The notes beneath the pieces were generated by a model. That model saw only the letters and a program-made list of their open reading frames with translations. It was not told the origin of the DNA and ran no database searches. A DNA stretch of 64,000 nucleotides, taken from assembly GCA_963745075.1 (NCBI GenBank), contig CAVUWV010000008.1, positions 448,001 to 512,000 on the forward strand. The letters run 5' to 3'. The position numbers and the translations under genes are program-made. This document shows, one piece after another, positions 27,761 to 38,598 of the stretch (its first letter is position 1; each line of letters opens with the position of its first letter). This DNA comes from Candidatus Hydrogenedentota bacterium. Its GTDB lineage: Bacteria; Hydrogenedentota; Hydrogenedentia; Hydrogenedentales; SLHB01.

Positions 27761-29854
27761 ATGATTGATACGAGAAGTTATTGGTGGTTTGGCGCGGCGA
27801 TCGCGCTGGCCGTAGTTGTGGTGTTGAGCGGCGGATGTTCCGGCGGTATATCGCTGAATGGCGCGACGCCCATTGACCTGAGTGCGCTCCCGCAGAAGCG
27901 GATCGAGATCGATCGGGACTGGCGGGACGTCCGCGTGGTTCCTGCCGGGGAACACGTGACGGATCTGGGAACGATCCCCGAGGGAGGCGCCGTACGGCTG
28001 GCTTTCTTCCCGAAAGGGATATCTCCGGAGTCGCCCTCGGTTGCGGTATTCGCCGGGGACACATTGGTGGAGCAACGGGCACCCGAAGATGCCGGGCACT
28101 GGAGCGATTGGCGGATCGATCTTGGGCCCTACAGCGGGCGGGATGTTTCGTGCAAGGTGGTGTTTTCCTCGAACTGCGACGTGTTTCTGGCGCATTGCGA
28201 ACTGGTTCCCCAGGCCGAGGCGCCGCCGAACGTGCTGGTGTTCTTGATCGACACACTGCGACCGGATCACCTGGGATGTTATGGGTACGATCGCGCGACG
28301 TCGCCGAACATCGACGCGTTGGCCGGGGACAGTCTGCGATTTGCGGAGATGATTTCGCAATCCTCGTGGACGCGGCCGGCGGTGGCATCCCTACTGACGA
28401 GCACTTACCCCTCCGTGCACGAAGCAAAGGATCGGTTGGATGTACTGCGCGCCGATTTGCCGACGCTGGCGGAGGTATTTCGCGATGCGGGATACGAGAC
28501 CCAGGGGTTCATGAGCAATCCGAACTGTGTTCCCGCGTGGGGGTTCGACCGGGGGTTCAATCGATTCATCGACATCGATTCGTACACGATCAAGCCGGGC
28601 AAGGACGAGGACACGGTGAACGCGGCACTCGCGGCGTTGGAGGAGGCCGCGGGCCGGCCGTGGTTCTTCTACATACACGTGGTGGGTCCGCATGAACCAT
28701 ATGAACCGCCGGTGCCATACGACGCGAAATTCACATCGGCGTCGGACGATGACCACGCCCGGGCCAAGGCGTTGTACGACGGTGAAATCGCGTTTACCGA
28801 CGTGCAGTTCGGACGCATCGTCGATACGTTGAAACGCTTGGGCATTTACGACAACACGTTGATCGTCGTGGTATCGGATCACGGCGAGGAATTCTGGGAA
28901 CACGGCGGGACCGGTCACGGGTCCACGCTGTTCGACGAGGAGATTCGCATTCCCTTTATCTTGAAACTGCCGCAGCAACAGGACGCGGGCAAGGCGGTGG
29001 ACGGGATATGCCAGATCATCGACGCGGGTCCGACGATTCTGGAGACGCTCGGTCTGACGATTCCGGCGTCGTTCCAGGGCACGACGTTGAGTGGGCTGGC
29101 CGCCGGGGAACCGCGCGCGCAACCGTATGCGTATTCGTCGTTGTTTTTTGACAAGTTCAGCGCGCACGGGGCCCGAAGCGAAGCGTTCAAGTATATCGAC
29201 GACGCCGCGCAGGACACGCGCGCGTGGTACGACCTCAATGCCGATCCCGGCGAGCAGCACCCCCTTGCCGATGCCCCTGACGGGCAGGCCGGGCTGGCGC
29301 GGCTCGCGTCGCAGATTGCCGCGAGCGGCAACGACGGTCTACACATTCTGGTGACGGGCAGTTTGGAGGAAAAACATACGATTGACGGTGTAGTCGAGGG
29401 CGAAGGGCTTGGGGCGTTCAGCCTGCGCTATCTTGCCGACAACGGTGAGGTGACGCGAACGGAGAAGGGGGTCGCGTTTCGGATTGTCACCAGCCCGGGA
29501 GAGAATGCTCCCTTCGACATTGTGAATTTCCATAAGGACAGCGCCGAACAGAACAACGCCGATGTGCGTATCGATGCGGATCCGGCGCAACCGTTGCGGA
29601 TTGCGATCGCGCTCGACGGGGTTCCGGCTCCGGCGGATATGGTGTTTGTGGGACCGAAGAAAATGCCGCGCGCGTTAAACGGCACGGAACTGCAGCCCAG
29701 TGAACTGGCCGCCGGTTCGGAAGGGTTCTTTCCCAGTGCGCTGCCGCGACGGTTGGCGGTCTACGTGTGGTACGCGCCCGGCGCCGATACGGTGTCGAAT
29801 GAGAACCTCGAGCCCGGCATGGCGGACGCGTTGAAGGCGTTGGGGTATTTGTAG
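27761..29854 (+). CDS. Sulfatase-like alkaline-phosphatase-superfamily hydrolase/transferase (Thr-type motif)
   Basis: IDTLRPDHLG, SWTRPAVASLLT, PHEPY, SDHGEEF, C-terminal LKALGYL. Confidence 0.88.
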   Translation: MIDTRSYWWFGAAIALAVVVVLSGGCSGGISLNGATPIDLSALPQKRIEIDRDWRDVRVVPAGEHVTDLGTIPEGGAVRLAFFPKGISPESPSVAVFAGDTLVEQRAPEDAGHWSDWRIDLGPYSGRDVSCKVVFSSNCDVFLAHCELVPQAEAPPNVLVFLIDTLRPDHLGCYGYDRATSPNIDALAGDSLRFAEMISQSSWTRPAVASLLTSTYPSVHEAKDRLDVLRADLPTLAEVFRDAGYETQGFMSNPNCVPAWGFDRGFNRFIDIDSYTIKPGKDEDTVNAALAALEEAAGRPWFFYIHVVGPHEPYEPPVPYDAKFTSASDDDHARAKALYDGEIAFTDVQFGRIVDTLKRLGIYDNTLIVVVSDHGEEFWEHGGTGHGSTLFDEEIRIPFILKLPQQQDAGKAVDGICQIIDAGPTILETLGLTIPASFQGTTLSGLAAGEPRAQPYAYSSLFFDKFSAHGARSEAFKYIDDAAQDTRAWYDLNADPGEQHPLADAPDGQAGLARLASQIAASGNDGLHILVTGSLEEKHTIDGVVEGEGLGAFSLRYLADNGEVTRTEKGVAFRIVTSPGENAPFDIVNFHKDSAEQNNADVRIDADPAQPLRIAIALDGVPAPADMVFVGPKKMPRALNGTELQPSELAAGSEGFFPSALPRRLAVYVWYAPGADTVSNENLEPGMADALKALGYL

Positions 29855-29922
29855 AGGAAACTCAGACGGGCACGGGCCTCACTGACGAGCGCGAACGCAT
29901 AGGGTTATCGACGGATCGAGGG

Positions 29923-32052
29923 ATGAGTTTCAGGAGGAACAAGAAATTCTATTTTGTGTTGGCGGTCGTTTTGGGCGTCGTGGCCGTGGTCTGTGCGTGG
30001 TGGTTTTACGCGGCATCCGGTCCGGAGGCGCCACCCGCGGCCACGTCCGCTTTTGCGCTTCGCGACGGGGCGATAAACGACGTTGAGTGGGAAGGCGACT
30101 GGCGTGAGGCCAGGATCGTGCCGGCGGGCAGCCACACCATCGATTTGGGCGCGATACCTGCCGGTGGCGCGCTGCGAATCGGGACTGCTCCGCGCCAGTT
30201 GTTCCAGCGGGCGCCGCACGTGTTTGTGCTGGCCGGGGATGTCGTGGTCACGAAATTTGACGTACGCGAGCCAAAGACATGGACCGACTATCGCGTCGCT
30301 CTCGCGGCCTACGGGGGGGATGGCGCACCCTGCCGGGTCGTAATTGTCTCGGACGTGGACGTGTATGTTTCGCATTGTGAACTGGTGCCCATTGCGTCCG
30401 GTCAACCCAATGTGGTCCTGTTTCTGGTAGACACCATGCGCCGCGATCATCTTGGATGCTATGGGTATGCGCGTGACACGTCACCGAACATGGATGGGCT
30501 GGCCGGGGACGGCGTTCGATTGAACGGCATGATATCGCAGTCGTCGTGGACGCGCCCGGCCGTGGCGTCATTGCTGACGAGCACCTATCCGTCGGTGCAT
30601 CGCGCGAACGATCGGGCGGATATCCTGCGCCAGGACTTGCCGACGGTGGCGGAGGCGTTTCGTGACGCGGGCTACGTCACAGAAGGATTCATGAGCAATC
30701 CCTCGTGCCTCCCTGCGTGGGGATTCGGCCGGGGATTCGGCCGCTATCTGGATATCGACTCCTACACGGTGAACCCGGGAAAGGATGCGGACGTGGTGGA
30801 TGCGGTCCTGGCGGCGCTGGACGACGTTGCCGGAAGGCCCTGGTTCTTCTACGTTCACGCGATCGGTCCCCATGACCCCTACGATCCGCCGGCGCCATAC
30901 GACCGGATGTTCACCACGGATACCGCGTCGCTTTCACAAGAGGAAGCAAACCATGCGAATGCCCGCGATCGCTATGATGGCGAGATTGCGTTCACGGACG
31001 CGCAGATCGGCCGTCTGATAGCGGCGTTGCGCGCGAAGGGGATGTACGATAACACGTGGTTCGTCGTTTTGTCCGACCATGGCGAGGAGTTCTGGGAACA
31101 CGGCGGCGAGGGGCATGGGACTACGTTGTACGACGAATTAATCCGGATTCCGTGCATCGTGAAGCCGCCGCATCCCGGGGAGAGCGGTGTCGTGGTGGAC
31201 GGAGTTTGCGAGATCGTGGACGTGGCCCCGACGTTGATCGATCGCACCGGGCTGACCATTCCGCCCACGTTTCAGGGGCATTCGCTGGCAGGGTTCCTGT
31301 CGGGCGGGACGCTTCCCGCGCATCTCGCCTATTCGTCCCTTTACCTCGAAAAACATAGCCAGTATGGCGCGCGCAGCGATGGTCTGAAATACATCAACAA
31401 CATCGCGGCGGGTTCTGAGTCCTGGTACGACTTGGCAGCCGACCCCGGGGAGCACGCGGCGCTTGCGGCGATGCCATCCGAGGGGGCGGCGCTGGTGCAG
31501 TACGCGTCGCGCATCGCGGCGAGTGGAAACGCGGGCTTGCACATTCTGGTTACGGGGAGTCTGCTGGAGGAGCACACGATCGAAGGGACGATAGCGGGTA
31601 AAGGGATGGGCGACATCAGCCTGCGCTATCTGGCGAACAACGGAGAGGTACATCGCACCGATGACGGCGTAACGTTCCGAATCACCACGAGTGTGGGTCA
31701 AGGTGCCGGGATCGGGTTGGCGGAATGGCATGAAATCGGCGCCGAACAAAACCATGCGAACGTGCACGTCGAAGCGAAGCCCGACGAACCGTTGCGGATT
31801 ACGGTGAATCTGGACGGTGCGCCGGCGCCGGAGTCGGCCGTGTTCGTGGGCCCCGCGATGACGCCACGGGCGTTGCAAGACACGGTGCTCGAGCCCGTGG
31901 AACTGGTTGCGGGATCGGAGCAGTTCGATCCGGTGGCGTTGCCGCGGCGGCTGGCCGTGTATGTATGGTATGTGCCGGGTCCGGAGACGGTCGCGGATGA
32001 GGATTTGGATCCCGGGATGCGGGACGCGCTGAAGGCGTTGGGGTATTTGTAG
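29923..32052 (+). CDS. Sulfatase-like hydrolase/transferase, tandem paralog of 27761-29854
   Basis: VDTMRRDHLG, SWTRPAVASLLT, SDHGEEF, LKALGYL; colinear with the upstream gene. Confidence 0.88.
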   Translation: MSFRRNKKFYFVLAVVLGVVAVVCAWWFYAASGPEAPPAATSAFALRDGAINDVEWEGDWREARIVPAGSHTIDLGAIPAGGALRIGTAPRQLFQRAPHVFVLAGDVVVTKFDVREPKTWTDYRVALAAYGGDGAPCRVVIVSDVDVYVSHCELVPIASGQPNVVLFLVDTMRRDHLGCYGYARDTSPNMDGLAGDGVRLNGMISQSSWTRPAVASLLTSTYPSVHRANDRADILRQDLPTVAEAFRDAGYVTEGFMSNPSCLPAWGFGRGFGRYLDIDSYTVNPGKDADVVDAVLAALDDVAGRPWFFYVHAIGPHDPYDPPAPYDRMFTTDTASLSQEEANHANARDRYDGEIAFTDAQIGRLIAALRAKGMYDNTWFVVLSDHGEEFWEHGGEGHGTTLYDELIRIPCIVKPPHPGESGVVVDGVCEIVDVAPTLIDRTGLTIPPTFQGHSLAGFLSGGTLPAHLAYSSLYLEKHSQYGARSDGLKYINNIAAGSESWYDLAADPGEHAALAAMPSEGAALVQYASRIAASGNAGLHILVTGSLLEEHTIEGTIAGKGMGDISLRYLANNGEVHRTDDGVTFRITTSVGQGAGIGLAEWHEIGAEQNHANVHVEAKPDEPLRITVNLDGAPAPESAVFVGPAMTPRALQDTVLEPVELVAGSEQFDPVALPRRLAVYVWYVPGPETVADEDLDPGMRDALKALGYL

Positions 32053-32132
32053 AGACCGGGACGGACACGGGCCTACACGGACGGTAACGGACGAATAGCG
32101 CTGCCATCGGTGGCTGCCGGCGGCAAAATCGG

Positions 32133-33806
32133 TCAGTAATTCTTCGAGCGCAGGATGGAGATGAGGAGCATCACGCCGAGTACGGCGGCAAAGATAAAGC
32201 CGACATAGCCAAGGGATCTGCCCCCGATCCCCGTGGAGACCAGCAGGCTCGAACCGACGATGAGGGCGCCGGCGATGACGCTGAATGCGATGCGGTTGCT
32301 GGCCCGATCGGTAACGCCGGCGAGATGATCCAATCCTTCGTGATCTAATTGAATGCGGAACTTTCCCTTGCGAAAGGTGCGGATGAGGTTTTGCACTTCC
32401 CCGGGGATTTCCTTGCCGATGCGTATCGCGTTGGTAAGGGTTTGCTGGCCTTCCTTGGCCAGTCGCGCGGGGGAGAAGCGTTCGGTGATGATTTTTTCCA
32501 CGTAAGGCCGAATGATGGGGCCCATGTCGAGCGTCTTGTCGAGGGTCTTGGCGGTAGACTCGATCGTGGCCATTCCCTTCAACAGGAGGGAGAATCGCGG
32601 CGACAGTTGCAGTTTGTGCCGGCGCAGGATGGTGGTGATCTGTTCGAGGGCCTTTCCAACGTCCGCGTTGCCCATGACGGATCGCGCTTCGAAAGCGATG
32701 TACTCGGCCACATCGTGATCGAGATCGGCACGATGCTCCGTCTCGCCGGAGATGGTGAATTTGAGCAGGGCATCCACGCAGCGGGCGGAATCCTCTTCAA
32801 AGACGGCGCGCAACAGATCCGCCATGGCGTCAACGTCGTTGGGTTCGAGATGACCGACCATGCCGTAGTCGAGGAACGCAATCTGGTCGTTGCGTGTCAC
32901 GAGAATGTTGCCGGGATGGGGATCGGCGTGGAAGAGATGAAATTCGAAGACTTGCCGGCACAGGGTGTTGGCGCCGTTCGCGGCGACGGTGCGCGGGCTG
33001 CAATTGCGTTCGGCGTACTGGTTGATCGCGTCGACGCGAATCCCGTCGATCCAATCCATGACGAGCATTCGCGCGCTGGTGATGTCGGTTTCGACACGGG
33101 GCACGAAGACGGCGGTTTCGCCGGAGTAGTTCTTGCGGAACCGCTGGATGATGTGGGCTTCGATGGTGAAATCGAGTTCGCGGTTCACGGTGCGATTGAA
33201 TTCTTCGACCATCCCGACCGGGTCAATCCACTGCAGTTCCTTGACGTGCTCGGCCACCCATTCGGCGAGTCCGCGCATGAGGCTGAGGTCGGAATGGATC
33301 GTACGCCGGGCGCCGGGGCGTTGCACTTTGACGGCCACGTCACGGCCGAGTTGGGTGCGGGCGCGGTAGACTTGGCTTAACGAGGCGGAGGCAACGGGCG
33401 TTTCATTGAATTCGCCGAAGTGGTCTTCCAGTTTGCCCTTGAGTTCGGCCTCGATGACGGGGCGCATTTCGTCGAAGGGGATCGCCGCGACTTTGTCCTG
33501 CAGTTTGCTCAGTTCTTCGCACACGGCCGGACCCATGAGGTCGGGTCGGGTGCTCAGGATCTGGCCGAATTTGACGAACGTCGGGCCAAGTTCCGTGAGC
33601 GCGGCGCAAAGCCGGGCGCCCATGGTCTCGGGGACATCGGCGGCTTGCTCGATGAGATGTAAGCTGCGAAGGAGTTTGGCGGGCGCGCCCTCATAAAGCC
33701 CGACGCGGCGCACGAGGTCGGCAAATCCGTGCCGTACAAGGACTTGAGCGAGTTCCGCGAGCCGTACGGCGTCGCCTACTCGTCTTGTGAGGGATCGGTA
33801 CTGCAT
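32133..33806 (-). CDS. AarF/ABC1/UbiB family atypical kinase
   Basis: LGPTFVKFGQILSTRPD, ASASLSQVY, VAVKVQRP, FHADPHPGN, LDYGMVG; C-terminal TMs. Confidence 0.92.
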   Translation of the reverse strand: MQYRSLTRRVGDAVRLAELAQVLVRHGFADLVRRVGLYEGAPAKLLRSLHLIEQAADVPETMGARLCAALTELGPTFVKFGQILSTRPDLMGPAVCEELSKLQDKVAAIPFDEMRPVIEAELKGKLEDHFGEFNETPVASASLSQVYRARTQLGRDVAVKVQRPGARRTIHSDLSLMRGLAEWVAEHVKELQWIDPVGMVEEFNRTVNRELDFTIEAHIIQRFRKNYSGETAVFVPRVETDITSARMLVMDWIDGIRVDAINQYAERNCSPRTVAANGANTLCRQVFEFHLFHADPHPGNILVTRNDQIAFLDYGMVGHLEPNDVDAMADLLRAVFEEDSARCVDALLKFTISGETEHRADLDHDVAEYIAFEARSVMGNADVGKALEQITTILRRHKLQLSPRFSLLLKGMATIESTAKTLDKTLDMGPIIRPYVEKIITERFSPARLAKEGQQTLTNAIRIGKEIPGEVQNLIRTFRKGKFRIQLDHEGLDHLAGVTDRASNRIAFSVIAGALIVGSSLLVSTGIGGRSLGYVGFIFAAVLGVMLLISILRSKNY

Positions 33807-33901
33807 GTCCGATGGTATCCTTTCACAGCTACCGTTCAGTGCGCTTCACTATACAGACCAACACGGACGGTCACGGACTGCTGAAGCGTCCTGCATCGTC
33901 C

Positions 33902-35707
33902 TCAGTGTCGAATTGCCTCCAGGAAATCGGCCGCGGTGGTTTCGGTCCGCTTCAGGCCCGTACCGGTGGGCAGCGCGAGGTCGGCTTCGGTGTGTGTGCG
34001 CGCGCCGGGGAAGGACACGATAACCAGCCGTTCGCTGACGCCTTTGTCCGGCAACACGTGCACGGCCCAGAGCCGGGGCGCCGGAGAACCGGCGTCGATC
34101 GCACGGGGCCACAGACCGGGCTTGGGAAACACGGCGCCGAACTTTTTGAGTACGGCGGCGGACGGTTTACCGACCAATTCAATCGGCCCGCCGAAGAAGG
34201 TCATTGCCGTAACGAGATCGTCACTGATTTCATTCGCCTTGGCCGCGTCAAAGCGCACGGGACCGACTTCCACGGAATACTCGTGCAAGCGGCAGGTGGA
34301 CGCGGCGGCAAGCAACCATGGGTCGAGGTTGTCGTCCAACGTGGCTGCGGACGCGCCGACGACCGTCGCGCCGGGAGCGGCCTCCGCCATGAGTTGAAAG
34401 GCGAGCGCGTCCGCGTTGGCCCGGGTCAAATCAAAGTGATTCAGAATCTCGTCGGGAATGTGCGACGGGGCGACGACGTAGAACCCGAATCCCCAACGGG
34501 CGATTTTTCGCAGATGGTCAATACCGTATTGCCGGCCCGCCTCGGTGGCGGGATTCAGCCAGCGCTGACCGTCCACGGAAACGGCGGACCAATCGTCCTT
34601 GCCATCGACGATAGCGAGAGGATCGACGGTGATACCGGGCGTTATACCGGCCTGGCGCAATTGGGACGCGGCGTTCGCCATGTCTTTGGGGTACTGGGGC
34701 TGCGCCCCTTCGAGCGATCCCGGGCGGCCTTCCCAGGTCACGGGGATCAGCGCGTGCTGAACATCCGCGTTGCTCCATTGGGATACTGCCTCGAGCAGAT
34801 CGGCCAGCGATTTACCGTCGGGAACGGTCACCCAACACGCGGGCAGATCCTCCGACTTGGCGTTGGGCGTGTTCGCCTGCGCCCAGGCGAAGTACATGTC
34901 AACATCCGACGGTTTCGGGAGCGTGAACGCGATAAAAATAGGGTCCGACGACAACGACTTTCCGGGATCGATGCGCAAGGGCGGATCGAAGGTGGTGGTC
35001 ACGTTGCCTTGGTAACGGCCGTCGAATTTCTCCAAGTGAACGCTGGAAGCGCCCCGGCCGACGGGCAGCGCACCCATGGCGATGGTGGCGTTCTTCACGG
35101 GATCGTGAAAGATCGTATAAAGCGGATCGCCGGTCGTCGTGCAGACCGGAGAGGCTCCAATGACGTCGAAACGGCGCGGACTTTCGGTGGTTTCGGCGCT
35201 GAGGTTTCCGAAACCGCCCGGCGCGATCGCGATGGGACTGATACTTCCGATTTCGATGGGTTCGCTCCCGGTATTCTCGAGTTCCACGCGCACGATATAG
35301 AATGGGTGATTGTCGTGGTACGTAATGGAGTGCACGATTTCCAGCCCCTTGGGGCCGGCGAGGGTTACCTGGTATTTGAGGCCCGGACCGAGTTCGTCGG
35401 TGGTCTTGTTTCGGGTGGTATCGCCGACGCCGAGGTCTTGCAGCTCCACGACGGTCCCATCCGCGAGCGTGAAGGCGGCGTCGGTCTTATTGATGACCGT
35501 TCCGATCCCCTTGATGTCGAGGCTCCATTGGCCGTTATCGCCCCCGTAGGTGATGTACATCTGCTGGTCGGCGGTGGTGATGGTGTAGTGGTCGCGCAGG
35601 GACCAAGGGCGTTCCGACAATGCCGGGAGGGAATCGTCCGCTGCCCATACCGAAAGAGAAACAAACACGCAGAGCATAAGTAGTTGTGAAAATAGACGCA
35701 GCCTCAT
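33902..35707 (-). CDS. Secreted protein, possibly a degenerate clan-D glycosidase-like fold
   Basis: Signal peptide; YPKDMANAASQLRQAGITPGI and WLNPAT resemble GH27/36 barrel segments, but catalytic motifs are absent. Confidence 0.5.
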   Translation of the reverse strand: MRLRLFSQLLMLCVFVSLSVWAADDSLPALSERPWSLRDHYTITTADQQMYITYGGDNGQWSLDIKGIGTVINKTDAAFTLADGTVVELQDLGVGDTTRNKTTDELGPGLKYQVTLAGPKGLEIVHSITYHDNHPFYIVRVELENTGSEPIEIGSISPIAIAPGGFGNLSAETTESPRRFDVIGASPVCTTTGDPLYTIFHDPVKNATIAMGALPVGRGASSVHLEKFDGRYQGNVTTTFDPPLRIDPGKSLSSDPIFIAFTLPKPSDVDMYFAWAQANTPNAKSEDLPACWVTVPDGKSLADLLEAVSQWSNADVQHALIPVTWEGRPGSLEGAQPQYPKDMANAASQLRQAGITPGITVDPLAIVDGKDDWSAVSVDGQRWLNPATEAGRQYGIDHLRKIARWGFGFYVVAPSHIPDEILNHFDLTRANADALAFQLMAEAAPGATVVGASAATLDDNLDPWLLAAASTCRLHEYSVEVGPVRFDAAKANEISDDLVTAMTFFGGPIELVGKPSAAVLKKFGAVFPKPGLWPRAIDAGSPAPRLWAVHVLPDKGVSERLVIVSFPGARTHTEADLALPTGTGLKRTETTAADFLEAIRH

Positions 35708-36053
35708 GAACGGTCTCCATTGCGACGGGTTTGCACCAGCCGCGAATTATACACGACGCCCCCAGGCGAGCGAAACGTTCCAGTCGCGGATTGGGGAGAT
35801 GGGTACCAGAAGGGGAATTGGGATTCGCGCGCTGGGAACTGCGCTTTCTACCACTGCGCCGGTTCGGAGGGATCGGTCCGATCGGTCCGATTCAATTTGG
35901 CCTCGGTCTGTTGGTCCGGACCCCGCGCCGTCGCACTGCCCAACGGACAATTCGCGTTCCGCGGCGGGAATTGGCTATAATTTAGGCTATTTGGCGCACC
36001 CCTGGAACTCTGGCAATTGCGCCGTCTACGCATGAGGGAAAGGTTTTCGTTTC

Positions 36054-38592
36054 ATGGCCAAGAAGCTGATGGTGGTCCCGTCGGAAGTACGGAAGCGTTC
36101 CGTGCTGGAGCTGGGGTCGATTCCGGTAAACGCATACGACAAGTCGGTCTCGGAGGAACTGGAGAGCAATCCGGACGTGACCGCGGCGCGGTGTATGCGG
36201 GCGTATCGCGACATGGTGCTGATCCGCGAGTTCGAGACCATGCTCGATGAGATCAAGAAGCTCGGATCGCTATCAGGGTCTCGAGTACAAGCATGCCGGT
36301 CCGGCGCACTTGTCCATCGGGCAGGAAGCGTCGGCGGTAGGCGAGTGCTATCACCTGACGATCGACGACCACATTTTCGGCAGTCACCGCAGCCACGGGG
36401 AGATCCTGGCGAAGGGGCTGGCGGCCGTGCACGAAGCCAAGGGGTCCCAGCTGGACACGATCACGCGGGAGTATTTTGCGGGGACGATCCTGCGTATCGT
36501 GGACGGCGACAACGAGAAACTCGCTCCGTTGAGCGTCCCCGGCGGTAACGGCAAGGCCTTGCTGAAAGGCGACGACGAGGAAGAGCTGGGCATCGACTTT
36601 CTGTTGTACGGTCTGCTGGCGGAGATCTTCGGCCGGGAGACGGGGTTCAACAAGGGCATGGGCGGCTCCATGCACGCCTTCTTCATTCCTTTCGGCGTAT
36701 ACCCGAATAATGCGATCGTCGGCGGCAGCGCGGACATCGCGACGGGTTCGGCGCTGTACAAGAAAATCATGCGCAAGCCGGGTATTACGGTCGCAAATAT
36801 CGGTGACGCGTCCATTGGGTGCGGGCCGGTCTGGGAAGCCATGGGCTTTGCTGGAATGGGGCAGTACACCAATCTGTGGGATGCGGACTTCAAAGGCGGT
36901 CTGCCTATCGTCTTCAATTTCATGAACAACTTCTACGGCATGGGCGGCCAGCCCATCGGCGAAACGATGGGATTCGAGCGGCTGGCCCGGGCCGGCGCGG
37001 CGATCAATCCGGAGAACATGCAGGCCGAGTGTGTGGACGGGAACAACCCGTTGAGCCTGGCCGACGCGTACAAGCGGAAGATCGAAGCCATTCGCGCGGG
37101 CAAGGGACCAGTCCTGCTGGAGGTGGTGTGTTACCGGCAGTCGGGGCACTCGCCGAGCGATCAGTCGTCGTACCGCGAGCGCGAAGAAATCGAGTTGTGG
37201 CGTCAAGTCGACCCGTTGCTGGAATTTGGCCAGAAGCTGGTCGATGCGGGCGTCGCTACAGCGGACGACCTGAAATCCGTCGCCGAATATGCCACGCGAA
37301 AGGTGACGAAAGCGTTGCGGCTGGCCGCGGACGTGAAGGTGTCGCCGCGGATGACCCTGGGACCGGGAATGGGGCTCGACGCGCTGACCTTCTCCAATAC
37401 GATCGAAGATCCCTTGCCGGGTTTGGAGCGAGACGACGACGTGCTGGGGCCGTTGGAAGAGAATCCGCGCGTCCAGCAGATCGCGAAGAAGTCGCGCAGC
37501 GGGATCGGACCGAAGGGCGAAACGCTGAGAGAGGGTAAAGCGGTCAGTTTCCGGGACGCGCTGTTCGAAGCCATCGCGCATCACTTCTACAACGACTCGC
37601 GGGTCGTGGCGTACGGCGAGGAGAATCGGGACTGGGGCGGCGCGTTCGCTGTGTACCGGGGCCTCACCGAGGCCCTGCCGTATCACCGGTTGTTCAACTC
37701 GCCCATTTCCGAGGGCGCGATCGTCGGCACGGCGGTTGGGTTTGCGCTCGAAGGCGGCCGGCCCTTGGTGGAACTGATGTACTGTGATTTCATGGGGCGC
37801 AGCGGCGACGAGATCTTCAATCAATTGCCGAAATGGCAGGCCATGTCGGGCGGCTACAGCCGGATGCCGGTCGTCGTGCGGGTTTCGGTGGGCAGCAAGT
37901 ACGGCGCACAGCACTCGCAGGACTGGACGGCGCTGTGTGCGCACGTGCCCGGGCTAAAGGTGGTCTTTCCGGCGACACCGTACAGTGCGAAGGGATTGAT
38001 GGCCTCGGCATTGAGTGGCAGCGATCCCGTAGTGTTTTTTGAGAGCCAACGCATTTACAACGTCACGGAACAGTTTCACCCGGAAGGTGTTCCGGCAGCG
38101 TATTACCGGGTGCCTATTGGTGTGCCGGAGGTGCTCAAAGAAGGAACCGATCTGACGATACTGACTTTTGGCGCCACGTTATATCGTGCCGTCGAAGCGG
38201 TCAAGCGCTTTGAGGAGGAGTTTGGGATCTCGGTCGAACTCATTGACGGTCAATCGTTGGTGCCGTTCGATTACGAAATCCTGCATGCCTCCCTCAAGAA
38301 GACGGGGAAACTCATTCTCGGCAGCGATGCGTGCGAACGCGGCAGTTATCTGCACACGATCGCGGGCGAGATCACGCAAATGGCCTTCGATCATCTCGAT
38401 GCGCCGGTGTGTGTGGTGGGCGCGGAAAACTGGATCGTTCCGCCCGCCGAATTGGAGGACGCCTATTACCCGCAGCCGTCGTGGTTCCTGGACGCCTACC
38501 ACGCGCAGATCAAACCATTGCCGGGGTACAGTCCATCGAGCGAGCGTACGGGGAAAGCGATGCTGCATCGATCGACGTACGGCGTGATTTAA
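36054..38592 (+). CDS. Fused alpha/beta E1 subunit of a ThDP-dependent 2-oxoacid dehydrogenase, frameshift at ~36268
   Basis: IREFETMLDEIKKLG then YQGLEYKHAGPAHLSIGQEA in another frame; GDASIGCG..NNFYGM ThDP motif; FNSPISEGAIVG, GAQHSQ. Confidence 0.9.
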
Positions 38593-38598
38593 CGTCGC

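Noticed and set aside
27761..32052. Paralog similarity as a DGR template/variable repeat or assembly duplication
   Set aside because: Divergence is spread throughout the genes and no reverse transcriptase is present.
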